Source: Saprospiraceae bacterium
GTDB lineage: Bacteria > Bacteroidota > Bacteroidia > Chitinophagales > Saprospiraceae
Assembly (NCBI GenBank): GCA_019187365.1
Contig: JABARE010000046.1
Coordinates: 54,625 to 118,624, forward strand
Length of the DNA stretch: 64,000 nt
Reading direction: 5' to 3'
Shown here: positions 8,611 to 19,042 of the stretch, piece by piece
Layout of the letters: each line of letters starts with the position of its first letter
How positions within the stretch are numbered: position 1 is the stretch's first letter
Position numbers and translations under genes: made by a program
The notes under the pieces: generated by a model
What the model was told of the DNA's origin: nothing
The model's database searches: none
The model's input: the letters and a program-made list of their open reading frames with translations, nothing else

Positions 8611-10860
8611 CTAAACAGCCGGCGTGTCCGTGCGCTGAACGGCACTGATGCCGGAGAGCTGCTCAAGGGCCTTGATGATGAGGTTGAGGTGTGCTTTGTT
8701 GTTGACGACCAATCCGATGCGGCCTTCAAAAGTACCCTGATGTCCGTGAATGCTGAAGGAAGTGATGTTTACACCCAGTTTGGTTGAAATGTGGTGCGAC
8801 AAGCGCTCGATCACCCCCGGACCAGAGTCAATGCCCTGGATCAGAAGCTCCGCAGTGAATGTATCGCTCACCAGGTCGGACCACTCAGCTTTTAGGATGC
8901 GGTACCCGTGGTTGACCATGAGGTGTTCTGCATTGGGACAATTTGCGCGGTGAATGCGCACACCGCTGCTGGCCGTGACGTAGGCAAAGATCTCATCGCC
9001 GTGGACGGGACTACAGCAGTTAGCCAGGCTGTAGTGGTACTGGCGACCGGGTTCACCGTTGATGAGTATGCCTTCGGCTGCCCGAGCGGTGTCCTGTCCG
9101 GGTTTTGACAAAATTTCTCTGGGCGCAGGTTCGGGCTGTTCCGCGCGTCGCTCCACAAGGCGTCCTCGTTCAATGTCGAATTCCCGGAGATTTTGTGCAA
9201 CGTCCACTTTTCCTTCACCGATGGCCTGGTAAAGGTCCGATCGGGTTTTGTAGCCAAGGCTGCGCATCAGCAAATCGACGTTCTCATCCGCTTCAAGCTT
9301 GTTGTTTTTCAACTTGCGTTCGAGAATCTCGCGCCCCATATCCGCGAGTTTTTTCTGTTCTTCCTTCAACGCAGCCCTGATCCGGGAGCGAGCCTTTCCC
9401 GTTACAACGAGCTTTAGCCAGTCTTCCGTCGGCTTTTGATTGCGGTTGACGTGGACCACCACCTGGTCTCCATTTGCAAGTTGCTGCCCCATGGGGACCA
9501 ACTTATTGTTGACCTTAAAGGCAGTAGCGTGACATCCCAGTTCTGTGTGAATGCTAAAAGCAAAATCGAGCACCGTTGCACCTTTGGGCAGTACGCGCAT
9601 CTCGCCCTTAGGGGTATAGACATAAACTTCCTCTCCGTATAAGTTGGATTTGAAATCGTTTAAAAATTCGATCGCGTCGTTATGCGGCGTTTCCAAAACG
9701 TCGCGAATGTTATCGAACCAGTGGTCGTAGACCGTTTGCATGGTGCCGATGTCTTTGTACTTCCAGTGAGCAGCAAATCCCTTTTCGGCAATTTCGTCCA
9801 TCCGCCGCGAACGGATCTGGACCTCGACGTATCGCCCCCCCGGGCCAATAACCGTAGTGTGCAAGGATTCGTAACCATTCGACTTGGGCGTGGTGATCCA
9901 ATCTTTAAGACGCTCGGGAATCGGACGGTGTACGTCGGTGACTATAGAATACACCAGCCAACAGGCCGACTTTTCCTTTTCAACCGGTACGTCGAGTACG
10001 ATGCGCACTGCAAACAAATCGTACACCTCCTCAAACGCGACCCGTTTTGTCTTGATCTTATTGGCGATGGAAGATACGGACTTTGGACGACCGTAGATCT
10101 TGTAAGGGATGCCGAGCGGATCGATCACATTTTTGAGTGGCCGGATGAAATCGTTGATGAACTTATTGCGGTCCTTTTGCGTCTGCCGGAGTTTCTCGCC
10201 GATCTCTTCGTAAAGTTCTGGCTCGTTGATCTTCAGGCAGAGGTCCGTGAACTCCGACTTGAGGTTGTAGAGCCCCAGCCGGTGTGCCAGTGGAGCGTAA
10301 ATGTAGGAGGTCTCTGCTGCAATCTTCAACTGCTTGGTGCGCGACATGACGTCGATGGTCCGCAGGTTGTGCAAGCGGTCTGCCATCTTGATCAGAATGA
10401 CGCGCACGTCGTCGAGCAAGGTTGACAGCACCTTTTTGAAATTCTCGGCCTGGGGGCTCTCGACGTTGTAGAGACCGTCGAGTTTTGTCAAGCCGTCGAC
10501 GATCTTGGCGATTTTGGGCCCGAAATGCGCGTGGACATCGGCCAATTCGACGGGTGTGTCCTCCACGGTGTCATGCAGGATGGCAGCAACCACCGCTGTC
10601 GGGCCAAGCCCGATCTCTTCAAAACAAATGCGTGCAACTTCGAGGGGGTGGGTAATGTAGGGTTCTCCGGATTTGCGCCGCTGACTGCTGTGGGCCTTCA
10701 TTGCGAATTCGAAGGCTTCGCGGACCTGCTTTTTATCTTCCGCAGCCATAGGATGCTTGCCCAGGGCCCGCAAAAGACGGCGATAGGCCGCCCTGATGAG
10801 GCGGTGATCCAGCTCTTCGCGGGCAGTGACCAATGCATGTGATGGTGCAACCGATTGCAT
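8611..10860 (-). CDS. spoT: RelA/SpoT-family bifunctional (p)ppGpp synthetase/hydrolase
   Basis: 749 aa with the HD hydrolase motif (HPLEVARI...LHDTVEDT), a RelA/SpoT synthetase core (YESLHTTV, EVQIRS), and TGS- and ACT-like C-terminal regions. Confidence 0.93.
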   Translation of the reverse strand: MQSVAPSHALVTAREELDHRLIRAAYRRLLRALGKHPMAAEDKKQVREAFEFAMKAHSSQRRKSGEPYITHPLEVARICFEEIGLGPTAVVAAILHDTVEDTPVELADVHAHFGPKIAKIVDGLTKLDGLYNVESPQAENFKKVLSTLLDDVRVILIKMADRLHNLRTIDVMSRTKQLKIAAETSYIYAPLAHRLGLYNLKSEFTDLCLKINEPELYEEIGEKLRQTQKDRNKFINDFIRPLKNVIDPLGIPYKIYGRPKSVSSIANKIKTKRVAFEEVYDLFAVRIVLDVPVEKEKSACWLVYSIVTDVHRPIPERLKDWITTPKSNGYESLHTTVIGPGGRYVEVQIRSRRMDEIAEKGFAAHWKYKDIGTMQTVYDHWFDNIRDVLETPHNDAIEFLNDFKSNLYGEEVYVYTPKGEMRVLPKGATVLDFAFSIHTELGCHATAFKVNNKLVPMGQQLANGDQVVVHVNRNQKPTEDWLKLVVTGKARSRIRAALKEEQKKLADMGREILERKLKNNKLEADENVDLLMRSLGYKTRSDLYQAIGEGKVDVAQNLREFDIERGRLVERRAEQPEPAPREILSKPGQDTARAAEGILINGEPGRQYHYSLANCCSPVHGDEIFAYVTASSGVRIHRANCPNAEHLMVNHGYRILKAEWSDLVSDTFTAELLIQGIDSGPGVIERLSHHISTKLGVNITSFSIHGHQGTFEGRIGLVVNNKAHLNLIIKALEQLSGISAVQRTDTPAV

Positions 10861-10870
10861 ACTGTAAAGA

Positions 10871-10878
10871 CAAAATTA
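10871..10878 (-). promoter_or_regulatory. Bacteroidota -7 promoter box TAATTTTG upstream of relA/spoT
   Basis: The reverse complement of caaaatta matches the TAnnTTTG consensus. It sits 10 nt upstream of ATG 10860 and is preceded by an AT-rich tract. Confidence 0.45.
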
Positions 10879-11010
10879 CCACAATTCTTGTTCCGAAAAT
10901 CCACCCGCTCTCTCATAAAATCTATATAACACTGTAAAACAATATTTTATACATAATTTATATTTTTTATACAATAAAACCAGGCTTCCTTCCTGAAAGT
11001 CCTGAATGAT

Positions 11011-11018
11011 TACCTTTG
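11011..11018 (+). promoter_or_regulatory. Bacteroidota -7 promoter box TACCTTTG upstream of tRNA-Leu
   Basis: It is a perfect TAnnTTTG match ending 10 nt before the first tRNA nucleotide. Confidence 0.5.
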
Positions 11019-11028
11019 CAGCGCTTTT

Positions 11029-11110
11029 GCGGGCGTGGTGAAACTGGCAGACACGCCAGACTTAGGATCTGGTGCCGAAAGGTGTGTGGGTTCGACTCCC
11101 TCCGCCCGCA
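11029..11110 (+). tRNA. tRNA-Leu (anticodon UAG)
   Basis: An 82-nt cloverleaf folded by eye. The acceptor stem is GCGGGCG/CGCCCGC with discriminator A. The anticodon stem is CCAGA/TCTGG with loop CTTAGGA (anticodon TAG). There is a 13-nt long variable arm (class II) and a GGTTCGACTCC T-arm with one U-U mismatch in the stem. CCA is not encoded. Confidence 0.9.
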
Positions 11111-11173
11111 CACGGTGGCAACCTTTGAAGGATGCCCGTTGTTTTTCCATCATTCAAGCCAATTTGACCATCA

Positions 11174-12553
11174 ATGAACATTGCACTTGAACCCATAGGC
11201 GAGCAGCATTTTTACCTGACGGTTACTTTAGAACCCGATGATTACCTGCCGCAGGTTAACCAGGAGCTTCTCAAAATCCGCAAAAATGCCAACCTCAAGG
11301 GCTTCCGTCCGGGAACCGCTCCGGAATCGATGATCCGCAAATTATACGGAGAGGAAATTAAGGCAGACCAGCTCCAGAAATTGCTTAGCAAAAGCATAGA
11401 GGATTACCGCAAGGAAAACGAGATGGAATTTCTCGGCGACCTGCTTCCTATGGTAGATGAGCAGCTTACCGGTGACGGAAATCACTTCCAGTTTAAATTT
11501 GAAGTCGGAGTCTCCCCTCGCCTGCCCTCTTTCGATTTCATTGATGGCCTTAAGCCTGTGCGTTGCGAAATTGAAGTAGAGGACTCCTTAGTTGACGAAG
11601 AGGTGAAGCGTTTTCGTCAGCGGTTTTCGGAGCGCACTGAAGTCGATGGCCCCGCACAGGAAGGGGACGTTTTAGAGCTCGAAGCTGAGGAGTGGGCAGG
11701 CGATGCAGCGGTTGCGGATGGCGTCGTCACGGAATTCAACATCCTCATCGGAGAAAACCTTCACGATGCGATGCGTGACAAACTCATGGGTAAGTCCGTC
11801 GGAGACGCGTTTGAATTCAACATCCGCGAAGTTGAAAAGGACCTCAGCGAAAAGGACATTTACCGCTACCTGCTCCACATCGAAAAGCAGGAGGCGGGTG
11901 ACCGGCAGATTGGCGACCACTTTAAGGGCCGCGTCGCCGGCATTCTGCGCGTGAGTCCGGCTGAACTCAACGACACCCTGTACAAAAAAGCCTTTGGCGA
12001 AGAAACGGATGTGGTGGATGAACAGGGCTTGCGTGAAAAGTTGCGCCAGGGCATTGCTGCGGCCTTTTCGGTAGAATCCGAAAAATTTCTTGACATTGAG
12101 CTCGCCAAAATGGTAGCAACCCAATCGGGACTGAATTATCCGGACGCCTTTTTAGAAAAATGGTTGCGGCGCTCCTTCAAAGCCTGGGAGGAAAAACCGG
12201 AAGATGACTTTGCCCACGAGCTCTTGCATTTCAAAGAAGGACTGAGCTGGAAGCACATCAGGGACCACATTTTGGAAACCCAGCAGATCGAAATTTCTTA
12301 CGACGAGGTAGCGAATGAGATCGTCGAAGACCTCCAGGGCAAATACGGATCCTTCAACCTTCCGCCTGAGTCCTGGGCAAAGCTTGCACAAAAGACCATG
12401 GAAAACAAAGAGCAGGCACTGCATTACATTGGCGAAATACAAAACCGCAAGGCCTTGCAGTGGATCAAAGGTCGCATTGAGATTCCCGCTGAGCGGCTCA
12501 GTCTGGAAGCCTTTCGCGTAAAAACAGAAAAATACCGCAATCACCATCATTGA
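11174..12553 (+). CDS. tig: trigger factor
   Basis: 459 aa with the N-terminal ribosome-binding signature GFRPGTAP. It has the conserved position directly upstream of clpP-clpX. Confidence 0.88.
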   Translation: MNIALEPIGEQHFYLTVTLEPDDYLPQVNQELLKIRKNANLKGFRPGTAPESMIRKLYGEEIKADQLQKLLSKSIEDYRKENEMEFLGDLLPMVDEQLTGDGNHFQFKFEVGVSPRLPSFDFIDGLKPVRCEIEVEDSLVDEEVKRFRQRFSERTEVDGPAQEGDVLELEAEEWAGDAAVADGVVTEFNILIGENLHDAMRDKLMGKSVGDAFEFNIREVEKDLSEKDIYRYLLHIEKQEAGDRQIGDHFKGRVAGILRVSPAELNDTLYKKAFGEETDVVDEQGLREKLRQGIAAAFSVESEKFLDIELAKMVATQSGLNYPDAFLEKWLRRSFKAWEEKPEDDFAHELLHFKEGLSWKHIRDHILETQQIEISYDEVANEIVEDLQGKYGSFNLPPESWAKLAQKTMENKEQALHYIGEIQNRKALQWIKGRIEIPAERLSLEAFRVKTEKYRNHHH

Positions 12554-12581
12554 TCAATCACGGATTAAAAAGAACCAGGTT

Positions 12582-13271
12582 ATGTTTTCACAGGACGAAT
12601 TCAAAAAATACGCTACCCGCCACCTCGGAATGGCGGAGATGCACCTCGACAAGTATATGGAGTCCGCCATCCCTTCCATAAAGGGGTTTACGCCAACGGT
12701 CATCGAGGAACGCCAGCTCAACGTCGTTGGCATGGATGTATTTAGCCGGCTGATGATGGACCGCATCATCTTTATGGGCGTTCCCATTAACGATTACGTT
12801 GCGAATGTCATACAAGCCCAGTTGTTGTTTCTGGATTCTGCGGATCCCAAGCGCGATATCCAGATGTACATCAACAGTCCGGGTGGTTCCGTAATCGATG
12901 GCTTGGGAATTTACGACACGATGCAGTACGTCAATCCGGATGTGGCGACCATTTGCACGGGGCTAGCCGCTTCGATGGGCGCCGTGTTGCTGAGTGCGGG
13001 CACCAAAGGCAAGCGCACCTGTCTGCCACATGCCCGGGTAATGATTCACCAGCCATCCGGCGGCATGCAAGGTCAATTCAGCGATATGGAAATCAGCTAC
13101 AAGCTGATCAAGGCAATGAAGAAGGAACTTTACGAAGTGCTGGCAACTCACACAGGACAAGCCTACGAGCGCATCGAAGAAGACTGCGACCGCGATAACT
13201 GGATGACGGCAGATGAAGCGCGCGATTACGGACTCGTCGACGAAGTGCTGGTGCGCACGCGAAAGGGTTGA
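12582..13271 (+). CDS. clpP: ATP-dependent Clp protease proteolytic subunit
   Basis: 229 aa with ClpP catalytic-region motifs (GLAASMGAVLL, RVMIHQPSGG). Confidence 0.95.
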   Translation: MFSQDEFKKYATRHLGMAEMHLDKYMESAIPSIKGFTPTVIEERQLNVVGMDVFSRLMMDRIIFMGVPINDYVANVIQAQLLFLDSADPKRDIQMYINSPGGSVIDGLGIYDTMQYVNPDVATICTGLAASMGAVLLSAGTKGKRTCLPHARVMIHQPSGGMQGQFSDMEISYKLIKAMKKELYEVLATHTGQAYERIEEDCDRDNWMTADEARDYGLVDEVLVRTRKG

Positions 13272-13274
13272 TCG

Positions 13275-14561
13275 ATGGCCAAGCGAAAAAGTACCAAGGG
13301 TTCTGCCCGCTCCTGCATTTTTTGCGGAAGGGGCCAGCACGAGGTGAATATACTCGTACAGGGAAACGATTATGCCATCTGTGACATCTGCACCATCAAT
13401 GCGTACCGCATGGTCGAAGAGGACCTCGACTATTCCGGACCTGAGCTGGGGCCGCGCGAGCACCGCATGGCAAAGCCGGCGAAGCCGGAAGAACATTTCA
13501 AGTTGCCGTCTGGGTTTTCTCCCCGTTTCATCAAGGAATTCCTCGACCTCTACGTCATCGGGCAGGACAGTGCCAAGATCAGTTTTTCCATTGCGGTGTA
13601 CAACCATTACAAGCGGCTCGCAGCCGGCGATTCGCTGGAGGTGGAAATCGAAAAATCGAACGTGCTGTTTGTCGGCCCTACGGGTACCGGCAAAACCCTG
13701 ATGGCCAAATGCATGGCCAAATTGCTCGATGTGCCATTTGCCATCGTCGATGCGACTTCGTTTACAGAAGCGGGGTACGTGGGCGAGGACGTCGAAGGCA
13801 TGCTCAGCCGGCTGCTGCAATCCTGCGATTACCAGGTCCATCAGGCCGAAAAAGGCATCATTTACATCGACGAGATCGATAAAATTGCCCGCAAAAGTGA
13901 AAATCCTTCCATTACCCGGGATGTATCCGGAGAAGGCGTACAACAGGCAATGCTGAAGATTGTCGAGGGAGCTGACGTCAACGTACCTCCTGCAGGAGGA
14001 AGGAAGCACCCGGAGCAACAGTTCCTCAAAGTCAATACGCGCAACATCCTTTTCATTTGTGGCGGTGCTTTTGACGGCCTGGAAAAGATCATAGCAAAAC
14101 GGCTGAATGCCAACGTCATCGGCTACGGCAGCACCCAGGAGCGCAAGGAAGTCGACAAAGAGAACTGGCTGCGCTACGCCAGCCACCAGGACCTCAAACG
14201 CTATGGCCTCATCCCGGAATTGCTCGGCAGATTGCCCGTACTCACTTACCTGGAGAACCTTTCCCAACAGGCCCTGAAGGAAATACTCGTCCTGCCAAAA
14301 AATGCCATCATCAAACAGTACAAGGAGTTGTTTGCGCTCGACGGGATCGGGCTCGAATTTCAGGAGGACGCCCTTGAATTGATTGCGGAACTTGCCTACG
14401 AGCACAAACTCGGTGCCCGGGGGCTTCGCACCATCTGCGAGACCCTGTTGCGCGAAGCCATGTTCGACCCCACGGCCCACGCACTCGCCGGACGCCTGCT
14501 CGTCGACCGCCAGTACGTCATCGACCACATTGACCCTCAACAGATCCGCAGGTCCGCCTGA
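13275..14561 (+). CDS. clpX: ATP-dependent Clp protease ATP-binding subunit ClpX
   Basis: 428 aa with an N-terminal C4 zinc finger (CIFCG...CDIC), Walker A GPTGTGKT and Walker [10 protein letters not shown]. Confidence 0.95.
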   Translation: MAKRKSTKGSARSCIFCGRGQHEVNILVQGNDYAICDICTINAYRMVEEDLDYSGPELGPREHRMAKPAKPEEHFKLPSGFSPRFIKEFLDLYVIGQDSAKISFSIAVYNHYKRLAAGDSLEVEIEKSNVLFVGPTGTGKTLMAKCMAKLLDVPFAIVDATSFTEAGYVGEDVEGMLSRLLQSCDYQVHQAEKGIIYIDEIDKIARKSENPSITRDVSGEGVQQAMLKIVEGADVNVPPAGGRKHPEQQFLKVNTRNILFICGGAFDGLEKIIAKRLNANVIGYGSTQERKEVDKENWLRYASHQDLKRYGLIPELLGRLPVLTYLENLSQQALKEILVLPKNAIIKQYKELFALDGIGLEFQEDALELIAELAYEHKLGARGLRTICETLLREAMFDPTAHALAGRLLVDRQYVIDHIDPQQIRRSA

Positions 14562-14695
14562 CTCCTTGCCTTGCCGGTATTGCCTGCATGGGCAGATTGC
14601 AAAGATTTCATTTGTTGCCGTGCAGCACAAATAATATTACAAAACTTTGCTATATTGCAGGTGAATTTTATTGTTCACTTTCAAAACACAAAACG

Positions 14696-15052
14696 ATGAA
14701 TGCACTTTTAGGACTTGGCAAGTACCTTTTTGCCCTGCCGATGGCCATCTTTGGCGTACTGCATTTTATGAATGCCGAAGGCATGGCAGGCATGCCCCCC
14801 ATTGGCGGAACCATCGCGGTTTACCTGGTCGGGGTGGCGCTCATCGCCTTTGCCGTGAGCGTATTTCTGGGCAAAATGGATAAACTGGCGGCGGTACTCC
14901 TCGCGGCGATGCTGCTGCTTTTCGTCGTATTCATCCATCTAAAACCGGCCATGGCAGGCGACATGGGAGGCCTTCTCAAGGACCTCGCCCTGGCAGGAGG
15001 CGCGCTGATGTATGCGCAGAACCTGGCAAAAGATAAAAGCGTTATTGGTTAA
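14696..15052 (+). CDS. small DoxX-like membrane protein
   Basis: 118 aa from ATG 14696 (MNALLGLGKYLFALPMAIFGVLHF...) with four hydrophobic helices. The upstream extension in the track ORF is non-hydrophobic and overlaps the intergenic region. Confidence 0.55.
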   Translation: MNALLGLGKYLFALPMAIFGVLHFMNAEGMAGMPPIGGTIAVYLVGVALIAFAVSVFLGKMDKLAAVLLAAMLLLFVVFIHLKPAMAGDMGGLLKDLALAGGALMYAQNLAKDKSVIG

Positions 15053-15346
15053 GAAGGGCCTCTAACCCCACCCCGGTCCCCCTCTCAGGCTGGATTGCAA
15101 TCGCTGAGGTACTGTTCCCTGATACGGTGCCTTGAAATGTGTATGCAATATTGTGGTACGCCCCCCGCACCGGTGAACGCCCGGAGGGACGTCCGTCTGT
15201 GGCAGATTCAGGGTCTTGCGATTTACTCCGGCGCTCAACGGGTACCGCCTCAAATGTTGAAAATTCTTCATCCGGCCGTTGACTGAACGGAGAATGGAGA
15301 ATTAACAATGGTCAATAGTCAATTGTCAATTAAATTCGGACCATAA

Positions 15347-16813
15347 ATGCGTCAAAACTTGAACCTCTCCCTCCTTGCAAACAAGATCTTTCCATTCCTG
15401 GCACTGGCTTTCTGCACTTCGTCCTTTGCACAGATTCAGTGGACCGGGGGGGGAGAAGTTTCGGCAAAATCATTCGGCAACCACTACCCGAGAATGGCTG
15501 TTGACGGAATGGGAAATCCTCTGGTCATCTGGGGGCGGTCAGGCGATGAATCCGTTTTCCTGTCCCGATACAACGGAGTTTCCTTCACCACCCCGATAAA
15601 ATTGAACGGTTTGCTTACTGTGGCTTCCGCCAACTGGATGGGCGCGGACATCGCCTCACATGGCGACACGATTTATGTGGTGATGAAACAAACCCCGGAA
15701 TCCGAGCCAGCCAGTCTCATCCACCTGGTAAAATCATTCAATGGAGGGAGGTCTTTCACACCACCAGTCCGCGTGGACTCCAGCACCGGAAGCATTTCCC
15801 GGTTTCCTGCAGTTGCCTGTGATCCCGAAGGCCATCCGATCGTCGCATTCATGAAATTCGACGCTTCCTTTAAAGAAAGCCGCTGGGTAGTAGCCCGCTC
15901 CAACGATTTTGGGGAATCGTTCTCCATGGATCAAAAGGCAAGCGGGTGGGGAAATTCGGAAGCAGTCTGCGATTGTTGCCCTGGAACCATCATCTCTCAG
16001 GGCAATGTTTGCGCCATGCTGTACCGCAACAACCGGGCAAACATCCGCGATTGCTGGGCCGGCATTTCTACCGACCGGGGGTATCAATTCACAGATGGTT
16101 TCGCTTTAGAGAACAACAACTGGAACCTCATGTCTTGCCCTTCAAGCTCTCCCGACGGCATCATTCTTGACGACACCCTGTATTCAGTTTTTATGAATGG
16201 TGTCAGCGGAAAGCAACGAACCTATTTAAGCCGATCCTCCCTACCCAACAGGATGCTCAGCAGCATCACCACACTCACGGAAACCATTCCGGGCTTAACC
16301 CTGCAAGATGATCCGCGCATAGCAAGCGATGGAACGGCTGCGGCAATTGTCTGGAGACAAATCGCCGGCGCTTCTGCTCAGCTTCTGCTATTGTTTACGA
16401 GGAATGTTGCAAACGGTTTTTCGGCAAGCTACGACACGGTCGATTTGGCCGACATAACCAGCGAAGACGTAGCGATGAGCAACGGCAACATCTATGTGGT
16501 GTGGGCTGACGATCGTTCGGGTACGGTAAAATACCGGTTCGGCCAATACACCCCATCCACCACAGGAAATGCAGATCCCTCTGCAGCCGACTTTGACATT
16601 TTCCCCAATCCGGCAACAGACATTTTGAACATAAGATCCAACGGCAGCAAACCATTTTCCGCAAGCATCCACCATTCAACAGGAAGGAGGATATACGCAG
16701 AGTATGGTATTGAAAACTGCAGCTTAAACATTGGAGATTGGGCTGACGGAATTTATTTCCTTCAATTGCGGACGCACCTTGGCCTTTGCACTAAAATGTT
16801 TATCAAGCAATGA
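15347..16813 (+). CDS. secreted BNR/Asp-box (sialidase-like beta-propeller) protein with T9SS type-A C-terminal sorting domain
   Basis: It has a signal peptide (LALAFCTSSFAQ), Asp-box motifs SFNGGRSF, SNDFGESF and STDRGYQF, and a C-terminal FDIFPNPATDILNIRS...GIYFLQLRT sorting-domain signature. Confidence 0.75.
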   Translation: MRQNLNLSLLANKIFPFLALAFCTSSFAQIQWTGGGEVSAKSFGNHYPRMAVDGMGNPLVIWGRSGDESVFLSRYNGVSFTTPIKLNGLLTVASANWMGADIASHGDTIYVVMKQTPESEPASLIHLVKSFNGGRSFTPPVRVDSSTGSISRFPAVACDPEGHPIVAFMKFDASFKESRWVVARSNDFGESFSMDQKASGWGNSEAVCDCCPGTIISQGNVCAMLYRNNRANIRDCWAGISTDRGYQFTDGFALENNNWNLMSCPSSSPDGIILDDTLYSVFMNGVSGKQRTYLSRSSLPNRMLSSITTLTETIPGLTLQDDPRIASDGTAAAIVWRQIAGASAQLLLLFTRNVANGFSASYDTVDLADITSEDVAMSNGNIYVVWADDRSGTVKYRFGQYTPSTTGNADPSAADFDIFPNPATDILNIRSNGSKPFSASIHHSTGRRIYAEYGIENCSLNIGDWADGIYFLQLRTHLGLCTKMFIKQ

Positions 16814-16870
16814 ACCCATCAGCCAATCCCCCACAATGCCAATTGTCATTTTCCATTTTGCATTTCTTTC

Positions 16871-17680
16871 ATGGCGCCTCTCTCTGAAACCGGACTAACA
16901 CGGCGGCTGGTATGCGAAATCGCTTACCGGGGCGGGGACTATCACGGCTGGCAGGTGCAGCCCGGTACGAAAACGGTTCAGTCTGCGATAGAAGAAGCGT
17001 GTTCGGTCCTGGCGCGCTCAACGATTCAGGTCACCGGATGCGGACGCACGGATGCCGGTGTTCATGCAGCACAGTACTTTCTCCATTTTGACGTCGACGC
17101 TACGGCTGTTGCGGCATTCAGCAAAAGGGCGCTCAACGGACTGCTGCCGTCTGACATTGCCATTCGACAGGTCTACCGGGCCCCGGAAAATTTCCATGCA
17201 CGCTATGATGCAAACCGCAGAAAATACATTTACCGTCTGCACACGGAGAAAGATCCCTTTTCACCTTTCAACAGTTGTCAGTTTCCCTTTGCCGGGCAGC
17301 TCTCATTGCAAGACTTAAATCAGGCAGCAGGTTTGCTCGACGGTATGACCGAGTTCCCCTCTTTCACCCTGAGCGGACACCAGCTCAATCACTTTCGCTG
17401 CACCCTGTACGAAAATCAATGGAGGGAGACTGGTCCGCGAAGTTGGGAATACCACATTGCAGCCAACCGTTTTCTGCGCGGCATGGTTCGTTTGATTACG
17501 GGAATGTGCATCCAGTACGGGCTGGGCAAAACGAGTCTCGAATCGTTGAGCATGAGCTTGCGGGAGGGCCGCCAGGTTGAAAAATCGCTTAGCATGCCCG
17601 CCCCTGGGCTGACCCTTGAAGAGGTCGGCTACCCACCGGAAATTTGGGAACGCTTACAGGCCCTCGATGCCGGGGTATAG
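16871..17680 (+). CDS. truA: tRNA pseudouridine(38-40) synthase
   Basis: 269 aa containing the [11 protein letters not shown] catalytic-Asp motif. Confidence 0.9.
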   Translation: MAPLSETGLTRRLVCEIAYRGGDYHGWQVQPGTKTVQSAIEEACSVLARSTIQVTGCGRTDAGVHAAQYFLHFDVDATAVAAFSKRALNGLLPSDIAIRQVYRAPENFHARYDANRRKYIYRLHTEKDPFSPFNSCQFPFAGQLSLQDLNQAAGLLDGMTEFPSFTLSGHQLNHFRCTLYENQWRETGPRSWEYHIAANRFLRGMVRLITGMCIQYGLGKTSLESLSMSLREGRQVEKSLSMPAPGLTLEEVGYPPEIWERLQALDAGV

Positions 17681-18940
17681 CGGGAATCCTTCCATGTACC
17701 GGTTGATCTCCGATTTTATGGAGGCGATGACCGCGTCTTCGCTGCGATGGAGGATGAGTGCGTGGATCCATTCAGCGATCCGGACAAAATCCCCTTCAAC
17801 CAATCCGCGGGTGGTCAGGGCAGCTGTCCCAAGGCGTATTCCGGAAGTTATCATGGGCTTCTCGGGATCGTTGGGGATCATGTTTTTGTTTGTCGTGATG
17901 TCAGCGCGGATGAGTAGGTTTTCCGCATCCTTTCCGGTGATCGATTTAGACCGGAGATCCACCAGCATGAGGTGGTTGTCTGTTCCTCCGGAAACGATGT
18001 TAAATCCTCTGTCCACCAGGGCCTGCGCCAGTGCAGCCGCATTGCGGATGACCTGGGCGGCGTATTTGCGGTAATCTTCTGTCTGTGCTTCCCGGAAAGC
18101 GACCGCTTTGGCGGCGATGACGTGTTCGAGTGGCCCACCCTGAGTCCCTGGAAATACCGCAGAGTTCAGTCGCTGTCCCATCATTACGGGATTGCCCTTT
18201 TTGTCGGTTTGCCCTGAAGGGTGCGGAATGTCCTCGCCCATGATGATGATGCCGCCGCGTGGCCCGCGCAGGGTCTTGTGGGTGGTGGAAGTGACTACAT
18301 GGCACTGTTTCAAGGGGTCGCTGAGCAAGCCCGCAGCGATCAGCCCGGCGGGATGGGCGATATCGGCCATGAGCACGGCGCCGCATTCGTCTGCTATGGT
18401 CCGGAATGCCGCGTAGTCCCAGTCTCTGGAGTAGGCCGAGGCACCACAAATGATCAGTTTTGGCCGGTGTTCAAGTGCCTGTTCCCTTACCTGCTCCATA
18501 TTCACGTAACCGGTATCGGGGTGCACACCGTAGGAATGGGCGCGAAAATACATCCCGCTGAAATTGACGGGGGATCCATGGGTGAGGTGGCCTCCGTGGG
18601 CCAGGTTCAGGCCGAGTATGGCGTCACCTGGCTTCAACAACGACAACTGCACCGCCATATTGGCCTGCGCTCCGGCATGGGGTTGGACGTTTGCGTACCC
18701 GGCACCAAACAATTTGCACAGGGACTGGATGGCAAGGCCTTCGATTTCGTCGATGACTTCGCAACCGCCGTAGTAGCGCTTTCCCGGATAGCCCTCTGCG
18801 TATTTGTTGTTCAGCCAGGAACCCATAGTACGGATGACGTCAAGGCTGGCAAAATTTTCTGAGGCAATGAGTTCAACACCCCGGCGCTGGCGCGCTAACT
18901 CGCGGGTCAGGAGTTCCCCTACCAATCTGTCTTTGATCAT
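17654..18940 (-). CDS. glyA: serine hydroxymethyltransferase
   Basis: It has the [16 protein letters not shown]-lysine motif. The track ORF opens at TTG 18946, and the first ATG is 18940 ([11 protein letters not shown]). Confidence 0.95.
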   Translation of the reverse strand: MIKDRLVGELLTRELARQRRGVELIASENFASLDVIRTMGSWLNNKYAEGYPGKRYYGGCEVIDEIEGLAIQSLCKLFGAGYANVQPHAGAQANMAVQLSLLKPGDAILGLNLAHGGHLTHGSPVNFSGMYFRAHSYGVHPDTGYVNMEQVREQALEHRPKLIICGASAYSRDWDYAAFRTIADECGAVLMADIAHPAGLIAAGLLSDPLKQCHVVTSTTHKTLRGPRGGIIIMGEDIPHPSGQTDKKGNPVMMGQRLNSAVFPGTQGGPLEHVIAAKAVAFREAQTEDYRKYAAQVIRNAAALAQALVDRGFNIVSGGTDNHLMLVDLRSKSITGKDAENLLIRADITTNKNMIPNDPEKPMITSGIRLGTAALTTRGLVEGDFVRIAEWIHALILHRSEDAVIASIKSEINRYMEGFPLYPGIEGL

Positions 18941-18959
18941 GGCCAATGTTAAAGGCGAA

Positions 18960-18967
18960 CAAATATA
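18960..18967 (-). promoter_or_regulatory. Bacteroidota -7 promoter box TATATTTG upstream of glyA
   Basis: The reverse complement of caaatata matches TAnnTTTG, 19 nt upstream of ATG 18940. Confidence 0.45.
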
Positions 18968-19042
18968 GCAGGATTTGGTATTTGTCTTTGGGCAAGGCCC
19001 CAGGCACCTTGCGCTGGCAGCAAAAAACGTCGGTTCACAGGC

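Noticed and set aside
12963-14630. 555-aa ORF antisense to clpP/clpX
   Set aside because: It lies entirely opposite two strongly recognisable genes. Its product is low-complexity and Arg/Ala/Gly-rich with no motif. This is typical of a stop-free antisense frame in GC-rich coding DNA.
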